Notes under the pieces: generated by a model | The model's database searches: none | What the model saw: only the letters and a program-made list of their open reading frames with translations | Told to the model about the DNA's origin: nothing | In this document: one piece after another, positions 41,876-52,379 of the stretch | How the letters are laid out: the number at the start of each line of letters is the position of its first letter | Numbering within the stretch: position 1 is the first letter of the stretch | Origin: an uncultured Planctomycetaceae bacterium | Lineage (GTDB): Bacteria; Planctomycetota; Planctomycetia; Planctomycetales; Planctomycetaceae | Assembly (NCBI GenBank): GCA_963813715.1 | Contig: CAWFAK010000017.1 | Location: 448,001-512,000 of the forward strand | Direction of reading: 5' to 3' | Length of the DNA stretch: 64,000 bases | Made by a program: the position numbers and the translations under genes

Positions 41876-43279
41876 GTGACTGACGTCCGACTCGTAGGAC
41901 TCGACTTCGGCACGACGACCAGCCGCTGCGTCGCGGCGAAGGCTCGGCTCTCGCAAAATGTGATTTCCGGCCGGCACGAATTCTCGGACGTTCGCGAAGT
42001 CTTTCGTTCCCCGATCGAGCTCACTCCGTTTACGCCAGCCGGTCTTGACGAAGTCCGGCTCGAACAGCTTCTCGACGAGTGGCTGGCGGCCGCCGCCAGG
42101 GACGAACCGATCTTCAGCGGCGGAGCGCTGGTGACGGGGCTCGCCGCACAACAGCCCAATTCGGCGGCGCTCGTTGAGCTGGTCCGCTCGCGCGTGAGCG
42201 ATGTGCTCGTGGCGACGGCCGGCGATCCTTGCCTCGAAGCATGGCTGGCATTTCAGGCGAACGCCGGCCCGCTGTCCCGCGCAGCCCGATCGCTGGGTGA
42301 TCAATCTCGATATCGGCGGTGGCACGACAAATGTCGCGGTCGGCAAAGGCGGCGAAGTGTCTCGCACCGGCTCGCTGTTCGTCGGAGCCCGGCACGTCGA
42401 GTTCGTTCCCGGCACGTATTGCATCGTCCGCCTCTCGGACTACGCCCGCTCCCTGTTGCAAGAATTGGCAATCGCCGCGCGCCCAGGCGATTTCCTCAGC
42501 GAGCAAGACGTGCGCCGCATCCTCGACTGGCAAATCGCGTTGATCGACGCGGCCATAACGGGCGATCGCGCCGCCTTCGCAAGTCCGCTCGGCCGAATGC
42601 ACGAGCAGGTGGCTCTCGATCGGCTGGACGAGGTGCGGGAGCCAATCTTCTGTCTCTCCGGCGGCGTGGGTGAGTTGGTCTACGACATTCTGCAAGGGAG
42701 GCCGCTGCCGACGACAACTGCGTTCGGCGACCTGGGCATCGATCTCGCACAGCGGATCGCCAACTCTCCCAACTGGGCTGCGCGGCTCGGCGAGAGTCGA
42801 CAGCACGCCGGGCGCGCGACGGTCTATGGTCTGCTGCTCTACGCCACGCAGATTTCCGGCAGCACAGTCTATCTGCCCGATCCGGTCCTCTTGCCGCGCG
42901 CGACGTCCCCATCTTCGGCCGCGTCACTTCCAATTCGACAGCGGAACAAATCCGGGATATTTTGCAATTGGTCGCTCGGAGCGCGGCGGGCGGTTGTGTC
43001 GTCGTGTCCCTGGGAAGCGGCGATGCGTCTACGGTTCGCCTGCTGGGAGAGCGAATCGCGTCGGCAATTCGGACATCCAACATTCCGGGCTCGACTCTGT
43101 TGGTGCTCATCGTGCATGAGAACGTCGGCAAGGCGCTCGGCGGCTACGTCTCGCAATGGGGGGCAGTTCTCCTGCGGTTGATCGTGCTCGACGAGATCGA
43201 ACCACTCGACGCCCGCTTCGTGCAGATCGGCACCCTCCGCGACGGGGTCGTGCCGGTCTCGTTTTACGGGATGAATTGA
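41876..43279 (+). CDS. eutA: Ethanolamine ammonia-lyase reactivating factor EutA (two frameshifts)
   Basis: VGLDFGTTTS, FRSPIELTP, GALVTGLAA, VATAGDPCLEA, INLDIGGGTTN, SGGV, ATVYG..QISGST, LDEI..VVPV. Confidence 0.85.
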
Positions 43280-43311
43280 TTACAGGCTGAATTGAACGGA
43301 ATCGTCACTGC

Positions 43312-45493
43312 ATGCGCGAACTGACGCCTCTCCACGAAATCCGCGTGCCCGATCCCAAGCCGGACGAGGTTTACACGGCGCGGGTCCTCGAACGCGAGGT
43401 GACGTTCGCCGGCCTCAAGCGGTTGTTGGGGGCGGCCGACTACAGCAAGGCCGGCGATCGGCAAGCGGGACTGGCGGCCGACGGCGAAGATGTGCGCGAG
43501 GCGGCTCGAACGGCCCTCTCGGAACAGACGCTCGAGCATCTCTACGAGCATCCGCTGACCGACGATCGCGGGTGCGTCGACAGCGTGATGCGGGTCAATT
43601 ACGACGTCGATCTCGAGGCCTTCGCAGCGATCGCCTCGCTCACGTTGGGCGAGTTGAAGGATCGCCTGCTCGCCGGGTCGGACGACGAAGTCCGGCAGAT
43701 TGGCCACGGGCTGACCGGCGTGATGGCTGCGGCCGTCGCCAAGCTGTGCGACGTGCACGAGCTGATTCTGGTCGCGAAAAAGTGCAGTCGGCCGACGCAG
43801 GCCCGCACTCTGCTGGGAGCGCCGGGCACGCTGTCGTCTCGCCTGCAGCCCAATCATCCGACCGACGATCCGCAGGGAATCGCCTGCTTGTGTTACTGGG
43901 GGCTGTCGCTGGCGGCCGGCGACGCGCTCTTGGGCGTGAATCCGGCAATCGACACAGTCGAAAACGTCGAGCGGCTGTTGCGGCTGCTCGACGGCGTGCG
44001 GCGGCGTACGGGAGTGCCGTCGCAAATCTGCGTGCTCGCGCACATCAAAACGCAGCTGGCGTGCCTCGAGCGGGGCGCTCCGGTCGAAGTCCTGTTTCAA
44101 AGCCTGGCGGGAACCGAAGCGACCAACCTGGCCGAGTTCGACATCTCCGTCGAGCTGCTCGATCGCGGCTACCGCACGATGGCCGAACGCGGCGCCCTCG
44201 CAGGCGACTGCCCGGCAATTCATGTACTTCGAGACGGGGCAAGGCAGCGAGTTCACCTACGGCCGGCATCACGGCATCGACATGACGACCACCGAGGCCC
44301 TCTGCTACGGCCTCGCGCGGCGGTACGACCCGTTCATGGTGAACAACGTCACCGGCTTCATCGGGCCGGAGACCCATCTCGACAGCTTCGAGATGATCCT
44401 CGCCAACCTGCAGGACCATTTCATGGGCAAGCTCATGGGGCTGCCGATGGGGATGGCCCCCTGCTACACGCTGCACTCGCAGACGATCCTGGAAGGTCAG
44501 CAAATCGCCACGCAACTGCTGACGGCCGCTGGCGCGAATTACTTCATGGATGTCTGCCTCAACACCGATCGCATGCTGGCCTATTTCGACACGAGCGGGC
44601 ACGACGTGCAGACGCTTCGCGAGATCTACGGTCGCACGCCCGCCCCCGAGTTCACCGACTGGGCCGTCAGCCGCGGCATTCTCAAGCGCGGCGCCGACGG
44701 CTCGATCGAACGGGGTCCAAACTGGGGCAATCCCGAGCAGTTTTGCGACTCGCCGGAGGAATTCGCCGAGCTGGCCCGTCGGACGCCCGCGCTCTACGGC
44801 CGGGAAACGGCCGGCCCGCGACCGGCGAACAGCGTCATGCGCCGCGTAAAGCTCAATCAAGGGGCGGCTCGCGCCGCCATTCATGCGGAGCTGCGAATCG
44901 ACGAGCTGCGGAAAATTGCCGACTTCCGCCTGCTGGAGACGACGGCGGCTGACAAGGAGGCCCATCTCAACTCGCCCGAGGCCGGCGCCCGCCTGTCGAC
45001 CGAGAGCCGCGCGCGGCTCGTGCCCGAACACAAGCAGGTGCAAATCGTCGTCTCGGACGGCTTGAGTGCGGACGCCGTCCATCACAACCTGCCCGACTTG
45101 TTGCCGATTCTTGTCGACGGACTGACGAGCCGCGGCGTGTCGCAGGGGCAGCCGATCGCCGTCCGCTACGGTCGCGTGAAGCTGGCCGAACCGATTGCCG
45201 ACGCGCTCGAGTGCGATCTGGTGGTCTATCTGCTGGGCGAGCGCCCAGGGGGCGATGCGCTGGCCTCCCGTAGTCTGTCGGCCTATCTGGTCTATCGCCT
45301 AAGCGGACCGGCCCAGCTCGAAGCCGCGCGCTTCAGCGGCAACGCACAGGTGCGGTGGGAACAAACGGTGATCTCGAATATCTATTCCGGCGGTTTGCCT
45401 CCCGTCGAGGCGGGGGCCGTCATCTTGGAGACAGTGCTGCAAATCCTCGATCATCAGGCGGCCGGCAACCGACTGGCCTCCCTGCTCCACTGA
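43312..45493 (+). CDS. eutBC: Fused ethanolamine ammonia-lyase large + small subunit (EutB-EutC); one frameshift near 44210
   Basis: EutB motifs SRLQPNHPTDD, GVNPAID, CVLAH, YFETGQGSE, NNVTGFIGPE, DHFMGKL run in frame into EutC motifs QIVVSDGLS, GRVKLA, LLGERPG, SLSAYLVY, ISNI. Confidence 0.9.
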
Positions 45494-45520
45494 CGAGAAC
45501 CCCTGCTCCACCGACGAGAA
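45480..45520 (+). repeat. 20-bp direct repeat (period 21) duplicating the eutBC 3' end
   Basis: CCCTGCTCCACTGACGAGAA and CCCTGCTCCACCGACGAGAA. Confidence 0.8.
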
Positions 45521-45597
45521 ACAGCAACGCTCTTGCGTTCGCGTCGGCCGGGCCAGAGAATTCGGCGGTAGTCCGAATCGCGCCGCGGAGAGTGCCG

Positions 45598-46811
45598 ATG
45601 GACGTCTTTTGCCCCAGCTGTTTGCACAGTGTGACGCTCGAAGGCCGTGAACCCGGCCAGTACGCCTTCGAATGTCCCGAGTGCGCTGCCGAGACACACG
45701 TCACCATTCCGGAGGACCCGGGGGCGCGTCCGATTGTCCGACCCGCGCGGGCGCGATCGGCCGGCAGCGACTCCGGGATCGAACGGCCTGGTAAGGCTCA
45801 GGCTCGCGGGTCTCGACGTGCTTCCGATCGCGACTCCATCGACTTTCCCTTCCAGGAGAGCGATCAAAACCTCATCGAGCACGACGAGCAGCCAGCCGGC
45901 GATGAGTGGCAGGAAACGGGGGACGAAATCCCGCAGCCGCTGCGCGGGGCGGTCAGAAAAGCGAAGACGGCCACGGCTTCGCAGCGTCAGCAACGGCCCG
46001 CCGGCACTCCACGGTCAGTTTACAAGTGGCTGGGTGCCGGCGCGGCGGTCTGGCTGGTGCTGGTGGTCGCGGGGTTTTTCATCCGCGAGTTGGCCTGGGT
46101 GCCAATCGTGCTGGGCGGCCTGATCATTTTCGCGGCGCGCGGCATGGTGATGCGCGTCGCCCGCACTGAGGGCGTTGCAGTTTGGCTCGCCTGCCTGCTG
46201 GTGCCGTTCTACAGCCTGATGTTCATCTTCACGCATTTTCGCGTCCTGTCGCGAGCGGTGGTGATCGGGTTTTGCGGCTGGGGATTTCTGCTCAGCGGCG
46301 TCGCGCTGATCGTGATTCACGACGTGATCGACGCGCAGGCCAATGCGCTGCCGGGCGCCGTCGATCCACTCTTTGGCGGCAATCCGAACGGCGCGGACGA
46401 CGGCCTCGTACTGTCGATCGACAATAATGAGACCCCGATCGCCCTCGACGAGCTGACCTATTTTCCCGCCTCTGTGGAAGAAGGCAGCGGCGGCGAATGC
46501 TTCGAGTTCGTAGGGACCGATGTCAGCCTTCGCGGCAAGTTTCCCCCCGCTTCCGCGACCGTTGGGTAGACCTACTCGGTAAATCCGTGCCCCTCCTGCC
46601 TCAGACCAATCACCCGGACCGAGGCGCATCGCACATCAAGATCCCGGGCCGGGGAATGGTCAAAGTCGTGGGCGGCTCATTCAGCGTCGAGGGCATCGTC
46701 AGGCAGCCGGTCCGTCAACTGGGCGGTTCGATCGTACTCAAGATCGACGGGCCGAACGGGATCGAGACCATTGACGGGACTTTTTTGGTCCGCGTCAAAC
46801 CGAGCGAGTAA
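45598..46811 (+). CDS. Hypothetical membrane protein with an N-terminal Zn ribbon (frameshift near 46550)
   Basis: CPSC..CPEC, about 4 TM segments. The C-terminal domain continues in ORF 46497-46811. Confidence 0.6.
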
Positions 46812-46860
46812 CTGCGCCGTCAAAGGACGACTGACGGGGACGTCAGCGCGTACAACCGGT

Positions 46861-47280
46861 CTACGTCGTCAATTTCTGCAAGCCGCGGTCGGGCAGGATG
46901 AAAATCCGTCTCCCGAGTTCGGAGACGAGCGTTTGATCGAGATAATACGTCTGTAGAACGTGTTCTCTCCGGCAAAGCAGGTCCGCATTGGCGGCTGCAA
47001 ACTCGTCCCAACTGGGCGGCCGTCCGGTGTCCTGAAGCCAGCGTTCCATGCGTTCCCGAATCAGGAACACGAATGCCCAGGTGACGGTTTCGTGATACAG
47101 ATGTGGCTTGCCGCCTGCCGCGGTCAATCGCTGAAGCGCTCGCGAAAAGCGGCGCAATGCCGCGAGCGCTGGAAACCGACACAGGTACAAGAACGCGACC
47201 CGAACGTGATCCGCGTGACGGAATGTTTCGTGGGTCAGTCCGCCATTCTCAAAGGCTGCGATCAGCCGATCGTCCGTCAC
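46861..47280 (-). CDS. Conserved hypothetical protein with His motifs
   Basis: FRHADHVRVAF..YHETVTWAF..YY..FILPD. GTGA overlap with the upstream gene. Confidence 0.7.
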   Translation of the reverse strand: MTDDRLIAAFENGGLTHETFRHADHVRVAFLYLCRFPALAALRRFSRALQRLTAAGGKPHLYHETVTWAFVFLIRERMERWLQDTGRPPSWDEFAAANADLLCRREHVLQTYYLDQTLVSELGRRIFILPDRGLQKLTT

Positions 47281-47639
47281 AGAGGATTCCCGGCTACTTG
47301 GGAACGCGTCGCCAGGCAGGCCACCACCGCCGCCGCGTAAACCAGGAGGCCAAGCTCAAACTCGCCGTGGAGTCCATGGATTGCGCAGGCGACGGCAAAA
47401 ATGACAAGCAAAGAGTAGCCGCCGATCCGGTCGAGCCTGGGGATCAGAAACAGCGCGGCGGCCAGTAGCTCAATGCCGCCCAGCGCCGGCACAATCCAGG
47501 GCGGCAGCCCCATGTGTTGCAGATTGCGGAGGGCCGCCGCCGAAACGAGGAATCGAAAGGATTGCCACAATACCACCAGTCCGACCGTCCAGCGCAGGGC
47601 CAAGAGAGCTGCTCGCTGCCGGGTCATGTTCATCGTCAC
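47277..47639 (-). CDS. DoxX-like small membrane protein
   Basis: Four hydrophobic segments, LGGIELLAAALFLIP, AIHGLHG. Overlaps the upstream stop codon. Confidence 0.65.
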   Translation of the reverse strand: MTMNMTRQRAALLALRWTVGLVVLWQSFRFLVSAAALRNLQHMGLPPWIVPALGGIELLAAALFLIPRLDRIGGYSLLVIFAVACAIHGLHGEFELGLLVYAAAVVACLATRSQVAGNPL

Positions 47640-47920
47640 TTCCTTTTCTGGTGGCTGGGTGTTTCGTTGGCCTCGATGAGTCGATGGCTGGCGCGTGAGT
47701 CCAGGGTGAGGCCGTAGAACTTCTTCAAGTCGCGAATCCGCGCAAGAGATTCCGCCTCAAACGCGCATTTGCCGTCGAAGGCGTGCAGGACGATGCCCTC
47801 GAGCAAATCGCCGAGGGACAGATCGTGATACTCCGCCAGACCTTTGAGGACTTTGAGCAGCCGCTTCTCGAGCCGGACACCGGTTTGGACCCGCTCGACG
47901 ACGTGAGATGCTTGGCTCAT
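47636..47920 (-). CDS. Small ribbon-helix-helix-like DNA-binding protein
   Basis: ERVQTGVRLEKRLLKVLKGLAEYHDLSLGDLLEGIVLHAF has an alternating beta strand followed by two amphipathic helices. Confidence 0.7.
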   Translation of the reverse strand: MSQASHVVERVQTGVRLEKRLLKVLKGLAEYHDLSLGDLLEGIVLHAFDGKCAFEAESLARIRDLKKFYGLTLDSRASHRLIEANETPSHQKRK

Positions 47921-47956
47921 TGGTACCAATGTACCGTGGTACCATATTCTTTTCAA
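47921..47956 (-). promoter_or_regulatory. Probable leaderless sigma70 promoter overlapped by three tandem 8-bp GTAC boxes
   Basis: Minus strand TTGAAA-17 bp-TACATT-7 bp-ATG with no RBS. Plus strand 47921-47944 reads TGGTACCA/ATGTACCG/TGGTACCA. Confidence 0.7.
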
Positions 47957-48002
47957 GCGTAGAATGGCAGACAACGAAATTTGTCGAGGCCGGCCGACTG
48001 CT

Positions 48003-48419
48003 TTAGGTACCGGCTCGCATCAATTGGCGAATCGGCTCGTTGTCGGCATACACCCGCCACTCGGCGACCTGGTTTTCGCGAATGACGGCGCGGATTGCCG
48101 TCGGCGTCGTCCAGCGATTCTCCGGGTTGAGCGAGCCGTCCGGGCTGTACGTGCCGCTGGCCGTTCCCAACATCACGACGAAGGAGCCCTCGCAAAACCA
48201 GTCGTCCATCACGAGCCGATAATCGGGAACCATGCCGAAATACCCGACCCAGCCTTGGCGCATGGCTTCGCGGCCCGCGACGACGTTGCCGAGCGAATCG
48301 ACGAACCGATGGTCCTCCGTCATGAGGGCAGCCAGGCCGGCGACGTCGCCCGCGTTGATCCGCTCGACGAAGGTCTTCGCGACTTTCCGTGCGGCCAGAT
48401 CATTCGCATCCCGATTCAT
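48003..48419 (-). CDS. NTF2/SnoaL-like protein
   Basis: FVERINAGDVAGLAALMTEDHRFVDSLG..WRVYADN. Confidence 0.82.
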   Translation of the reverse strand: MNRDANDLAARKVAKTFVERINAGDVAGLAALMTEDHRFVDSLGNVVAGREAMRQGWVGYFGMVPDYRLVMDDWFCEGSFVVMLGTASGTYSPDGSLNPENRWTTPTAIRAVIRENQVAEWRVYADNEPIRQLMRAGT

Positions 48420-48432
48420 AACACGGTCCGAT

Positions 48433-49422
48433 TCATATCTTTGACTCGATTCCGCCGATCGCTCCGTGCGGCAGGACCGCGTGCACGCCGCACAGGCCGT
48501 TGACCACTTGGGTAATCCGCAAGTCGACAACCAAGCTCGCCAAGGCCAGCGCCGATTTCCTAGGCAGACCGTACAACTCGCCCATCAGCTTGAGCATCTC
48601 GTCGGTCGCCTGCGCCCAGGCTTCGTTGACGTCCTTGTGGAATCCGAAGGTTAGCCAGCCGATCGGCGTCCGCGCCCGCGGCATGGTCAGATGCACGTTG
48701 GCGTGCAGATGGATCTCGACTTCGACGCGCTCCATCGGGCAGGCGAGCGCCGGGCCGGCGACTTCGCCATCCCCCTGCACCGCATGTCCGTCGCCCAACG
48801 AGAGCAGTCCGCCGTCGACGGCCACCGGCAAAAACAGGCTGGTCCCCTCGACCAGCTCTTTGCAGTCCATGTTGCCGCCACAGAATCGCGGCGGAAACGT
48901 TGTCTGTACTCCGGGCTCGTCGACCGGCATGCCGACCACTCCCAGGAACGGCCGCGTTGTCAGCGAGAGCCCCGCTTGCGTGCGGGCGACATTTGCGTCG
49001 GGGTCGAGCGTCCAAAGCGTCACCAGCTCGCCGGTTGGGACCGTGATGACGGGCGGAGGCCCACTTGATCCCGGCCCCAAGCCGAGCCGCGGATCGATCT
49101 GGCTCGGCAGCGCCGGCCCAGCGGACCAACCCCATTTGCCTAGACGAATTGTGCGAAAGCGAATTTCCAGCGTCATGCCGGGCCGCGCACCGCGGACGGC
49201 GATGGGTCCCGTGAGCGCGTGTCCGAAATCGCCGACGCGATCACGAGGTTCAAACGCCCCCGGTGGCGCGAACGGCCCCGCTTGGTCCAACGCACCCCAC
49301 CCGGCATCGAGCGTCTGACACTCGACTGTGTCGCCGGAGTCAATCGTCACGACGGGCGCGGCATCGCGCGAAAAGTAGCCGCGGAGGGTTTGTGGACCGA
49401 GTTCAATCGAGTGGAGGGCCAT
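48433..49422 (-). CDS. Acetamidase/formamidase family protein
   Basis: GHALTGPIAVRGARPG, PFLGVVG, GGNMDCKEL, GDGHAVQGDGEV, LRITQVVN. Confidence 0.9.
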   Translation of the reverse strand: MALHSIELGPQTLRGYFSRDAAPVVTIDSGDTVECQTLDAGWGALDQAGPFAPPGAFEPRDRVGDFGHALTGPIAVRGARPGMTLEIRFRTIRLGKWGWSAGPALPSQIDPRLGLGPGSSGPPPVITVPTGELVTLWTLDPDANVARTQAGLSLTTRPFLGVVGMPVDEPGVQTTFPPRFCGGNMDCKELVEGTSLFLPVAVDGGLLSLGDGHAVQGDGEVAGPALACPMERVEVEIHLHANVHLTMPRARTPIGWLTFGFHKDVNEAWAQATDEMLKLMGELYGLPRKSALALASLVVDLRITQVVNGLCGVHAVLPHGAIGGIESKI

Positions 49423-49436
49423 CGGCCACGTTCCCT

Positions 49437-49721
49437 TCAGCCCTTGCGGTAGTGATAGACGGGCCGCGCCGAGCGTTCGTGCGCACCCAGGTCGAGGACG
49501 ATCGCGATGATCACCAGCACCAACCAGCCGTTGCTCAGCTGGTGGTTGTTGTTAACCATGGCCGCCATGTAGGCCAGCGTCGTATAGGGCATGAAGAAGA
49601 AGCCCAGCAGTGGCCAGAGCACCGTCTGGTAAGCCTGTTGAAACCAATTGGTCAGCAGGAAGATGAAAAACATCACCACTCGCGGCATGAGGACCGCTAA
49701 GCACGGCAGCAGGCAGCCCAT
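49437..49721 (-). CDS. Small hypothetical membrane protein
   Basis: Three hydrophobic segments, WPLLGFFFMPYTTLAY. Confidence 0.7.
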   Translation of the reverse strand: MGCLLPCLAVLMPRVVMFFIFLLTNWFQQAYQTVLWPLLGFFFMPYTTLAYMAAMVNNNHQLSNGWLVLVIIAIVLDLGAHERSARPVYHYRKG

Positions 49722-49835
49722 GGGTTACGCGTCTCTCAAGGTGTGTTTCGATCGTGGCGGACGACTCCGTCGCGACATGGACGGCGCTTCACCGGGCCGC
49801 CACACATCGAAGTTAACGTCGTGGAACGTCGTCGG

Positions 49836-52379
49836 CTAACTGCGGACCAGAATTGGGGCGCGCGGCTCCATTGTGCCAGAGGCGGTCGCCTCTCGCGTCG
49901 GTCGATCCATAGCAGGATCGCTCGTCGTCCATTTGCCAGTCTCAACGCGGCCTGCGTAGCGTTTGAGGAATGATCCGCTCGTTCCGGCCACTCGACAACC
50001 CAGATCGTACCAGCCGGACGACTTGTGCGTCGCGATCGTCAGGCGTTCCGTCTGTCCCGGCTTCAGTAGGCGTGACTCCGGCCGGTTCCCGTACGCCAGG
50101 TCGCCGATCTCGATCGTCCAGCTGCGGGCTGGGTCGCGATTGGTGGCGATGATCACGACATCGCCGTTTTCGCTTTGGCCCCGCGCGCCATCGAAATGAA
50201 AATCGATATGCGAATCGTCGGCGCCGCCCGTAAATTCCCGAAAGAACCCGTTGGGGCCGTACACGCGCAGGTGGATGCGGCCGTTTGCGAATTCCGTCAG
50301 CGCCCAGGAATCCTCCAGCGTCTCGCCGGCTTCCACGGCATAGTTTCGTACCGTCACCGGCGACTTGCTGCCGAGGGCGTAGACGGTAAACGGAGCGCCG
50401 GCGGCCCGGGTCCCGAAGCGGTCTTTGCGAGCTTCAAAGCGGATCGTGAACTCAGTCCGCGGGCCGTTCAGCGAGCCATCCGCTATGAGTTCGTAAGGCA
50501 ACGGGCAGGACGTACGCGTGCCCGCTTCCTGTCGTGGTAGCCAGGGCGAGTGGGACGGAGTGTGACGAATCGCTTCGATTTCGTCGGGCTGCAGCGCGTG
50601 GAAGTTTGACGGGACGTCCTTGAACTGGGCCTCGTGGATTGATTCCAAAAATGTGTCGCGGGGCGGGAACGGGACCGTCGCGTCGGTCGTCTTCGCTGCC
50701 GGCTGAAAGGCCGACGTCAAATCGCCGCAGACCGCGCGGCGCCATTGGCTGATATTCGGTTCGGCAACCGTGCGGTGAAACTTGCGACTGAGAAAGTGCT
50801 CCAGGAACTGCAGCACCGACGTGTGATCAAACACCTGCGAGCAGACGCAGCCCCCGCGGCTCCACGGCGAGGCGATGACCATCGGCACGCGATAACCGAG
50901 GCCGATCGGACCGCCGCGAGCGTTCCCGGGACGCGTGCGCTTGCGATCCTGATCCAGCTCGACATATTCGACGCTCGTGTCGATGCCGCCCGTGGCCCGA
51001 CCAGTTTCCGCATGGCCAGGCCGCGGCGCCACGAACGGCGGCACGTGATCGAAGTAGCCATCGTTCTCGTCGTACGTCAGCAGAAAGATTGTTTTCTTCC
51101 AGACGGCTGGATTCCGTGTGAGGATGTCGAGCGCCTCGGCGATGTACCAGGCCCCGTACCAGGCCGACGACGGGTGGTCCGAAAACGCTTCCGGGCCGAC
51201 AAGCCACGAAACCGTGGGCAGCCGGCCGTTCTCGACGTCGGCGCGGAACTGATGGAACAAGTCGCCCTTCGGCGCCCGCAGCCGCCGCTCGACGTTGCCG
51301 TCGCGGTAGACGACATCGGCGAGCTGCCGGTAGTGCGGATCGCCCGTGTTGGTGCAGAAGGCTCGCTCGTGCAGGATCCGCTCCCGCTCGGTGAGCGTGT
51401 CGAGGCTCTTTCCGCGGAACGCCTCGCGTTCGGTCTCCAGCCGCTTCATCTCGGACTGCAGCCCGGCCTGCTGTTTTGCCTTGGCCTTCGCGATGAGGGC
51501 GGGGAGCGCCTGAATCCGCCGCTCGACGAAGGCCCGGTGATTGCTCGCGAGCTGTACGTGGTACTGCCGAAAGCATTCGAGCGGGTTGTCGCCGTAGTTC
51601 GCGAGCCAGGCGTCTTCCTCTTCGCTGAAGCCCGTACCGATGTCCACCTCGTTCTGATAAATCTTCCACGAAACGCCGTGGTCTTCGAGCCGCTCGGGAA
51701 ACGCGGGCCAGGATCCGCTGCGATGGGTTTCGAGATCTTCGTTGCGTAGGTTGGCGGGCGACGCTGCGTTTTGCCTTTCGCGAACGGTCCCCGTCCAGAG
51801 GTAGCAGCGGTTGGGAGTCGTCGGGCTGAGGGCCGAGCAGAAATACTGATCGCAGATCGTGAAGGCGTCGGCGAGCGCGTAATAAAACGGCACGTCGGCC
51901 CGCGTGTAATAGCCCAAAGTCAGCGGCATGTCCTGGAACTCGCGGTTGCCCGAACGCTTGGCGGGCAGCCACCGGTCATAAAGCCCGTGATTGCGGGCGT
52001 CGGTCTGATCGGCCCTGTCGTGCGGCAGCGAACCCATCCAGGTTGCCTTGGTTCCCTTGATGTCGAGCCGAAACGGGACGAACCGCTGCCCCTTGGCGTT
52101 GGCCTGCACCCAGACCGGGTTCCCGTCGGGGAGCGTGATGGCGCGCGGATCGTTGAATCCGCGCACTCCGCGGAGCGTGCCGAAGACGTGGTCGAAGGAG
52201 CGATTTTCCTGCATCAGCACAACGATGTGCTCGGCGTCGAGGTAGCTGCTGCCGTCGGCCGGTTCGATCGCGGCAGCCCGCCCCAGCGACTTGAGGCACG
52301 CGGTCTGGAGCCCTCCCATCGTTCCGGCGGCGCCGGCCAGTCGGGCCGCAAAGCCGAGGAATTCGCGTCTGTTCTGCAT
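49836..52379 (-). CDS. Tat-exported phospholipase C, phosphocholine-specific family (PlcN/PlcH-like, with DUF756 C-terminal domains)
   Basis: MQNRREFL Tat motif, HIVVLMQENRSFDH, FTICDQYFCS..TTPNR, YDENDGYFDH, GYRVP, FDHTSVLQFLE, WRRAVCGDLTSAF. Confidence 0.93.
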   Translation of the reverse strand: MQNRREFLGFAARLAGAAGTMGGLQTACLKSLGRAAAIEPADGSSYLDAEHIVVLMQENRSFDHVFGTLRGVRGFNDPRAITLPDGNPVWVQANAKGQRFVPFRLDIKGTKATWMGSLPHDRADQTDARNHGLYDRWLPAKRSGNREFQDMPLTLGYYTRADVPFYYALADAFTICDQYFCSALSPTTPNRCYLWTGTVRERQNAASPANLRNEDLETHRSGSWPAFPERLEDHGVSWKIYQNEVDIGTGFSEEEDAWLANYGDNPLECFRQYHVQLASNHRAFVERRIQALPALIAKAKAKQQAGLQSEMKRLETEREAFRGKSLDTLTERERILHERAFCTNTGDPHYRQLADVVYRDGNVERRLRAPKGDLFHQFRADVENGRLPTVSWLVGPEAFSDHPSSAWYGAWYIAEALDILTRNPAVWKKTIFLLTYDENDGYFDHVPPFVAPRPGHAETGRATGGIDTSVEYVELDQDRKRTRPGNARGGPIGLGYRVPMVIASPWSRGGCVCSQVFDHTSVLQFLEHFLSRKFHRTVAEPNISQWRRAVCGDLTSAFQPAAKTTDATVPFPPRDTFLESIHEAQFKDVPSNFHALQPDEIEAIRHTPSHSPWLPRQEAGTRTSCPLPYELIADGSLNGPRTEFTIRFEARKDRFGTRAAGAPFTVYALGSKSPVTVRNYAVEAGETLEDSWALTEFANGRIHLRVYGPNGFFREFTGGADDSHIDFHFDGARGQSENGDVVIIATNRDPARSWTIEIGDLAYGNRPESRLLKPGQTERLTIATHKSSGWYDLGCRVAGTSGSFLKRYAGRVETGKWTTSDPAMDRPTREATASGTMEPRAPILVRS

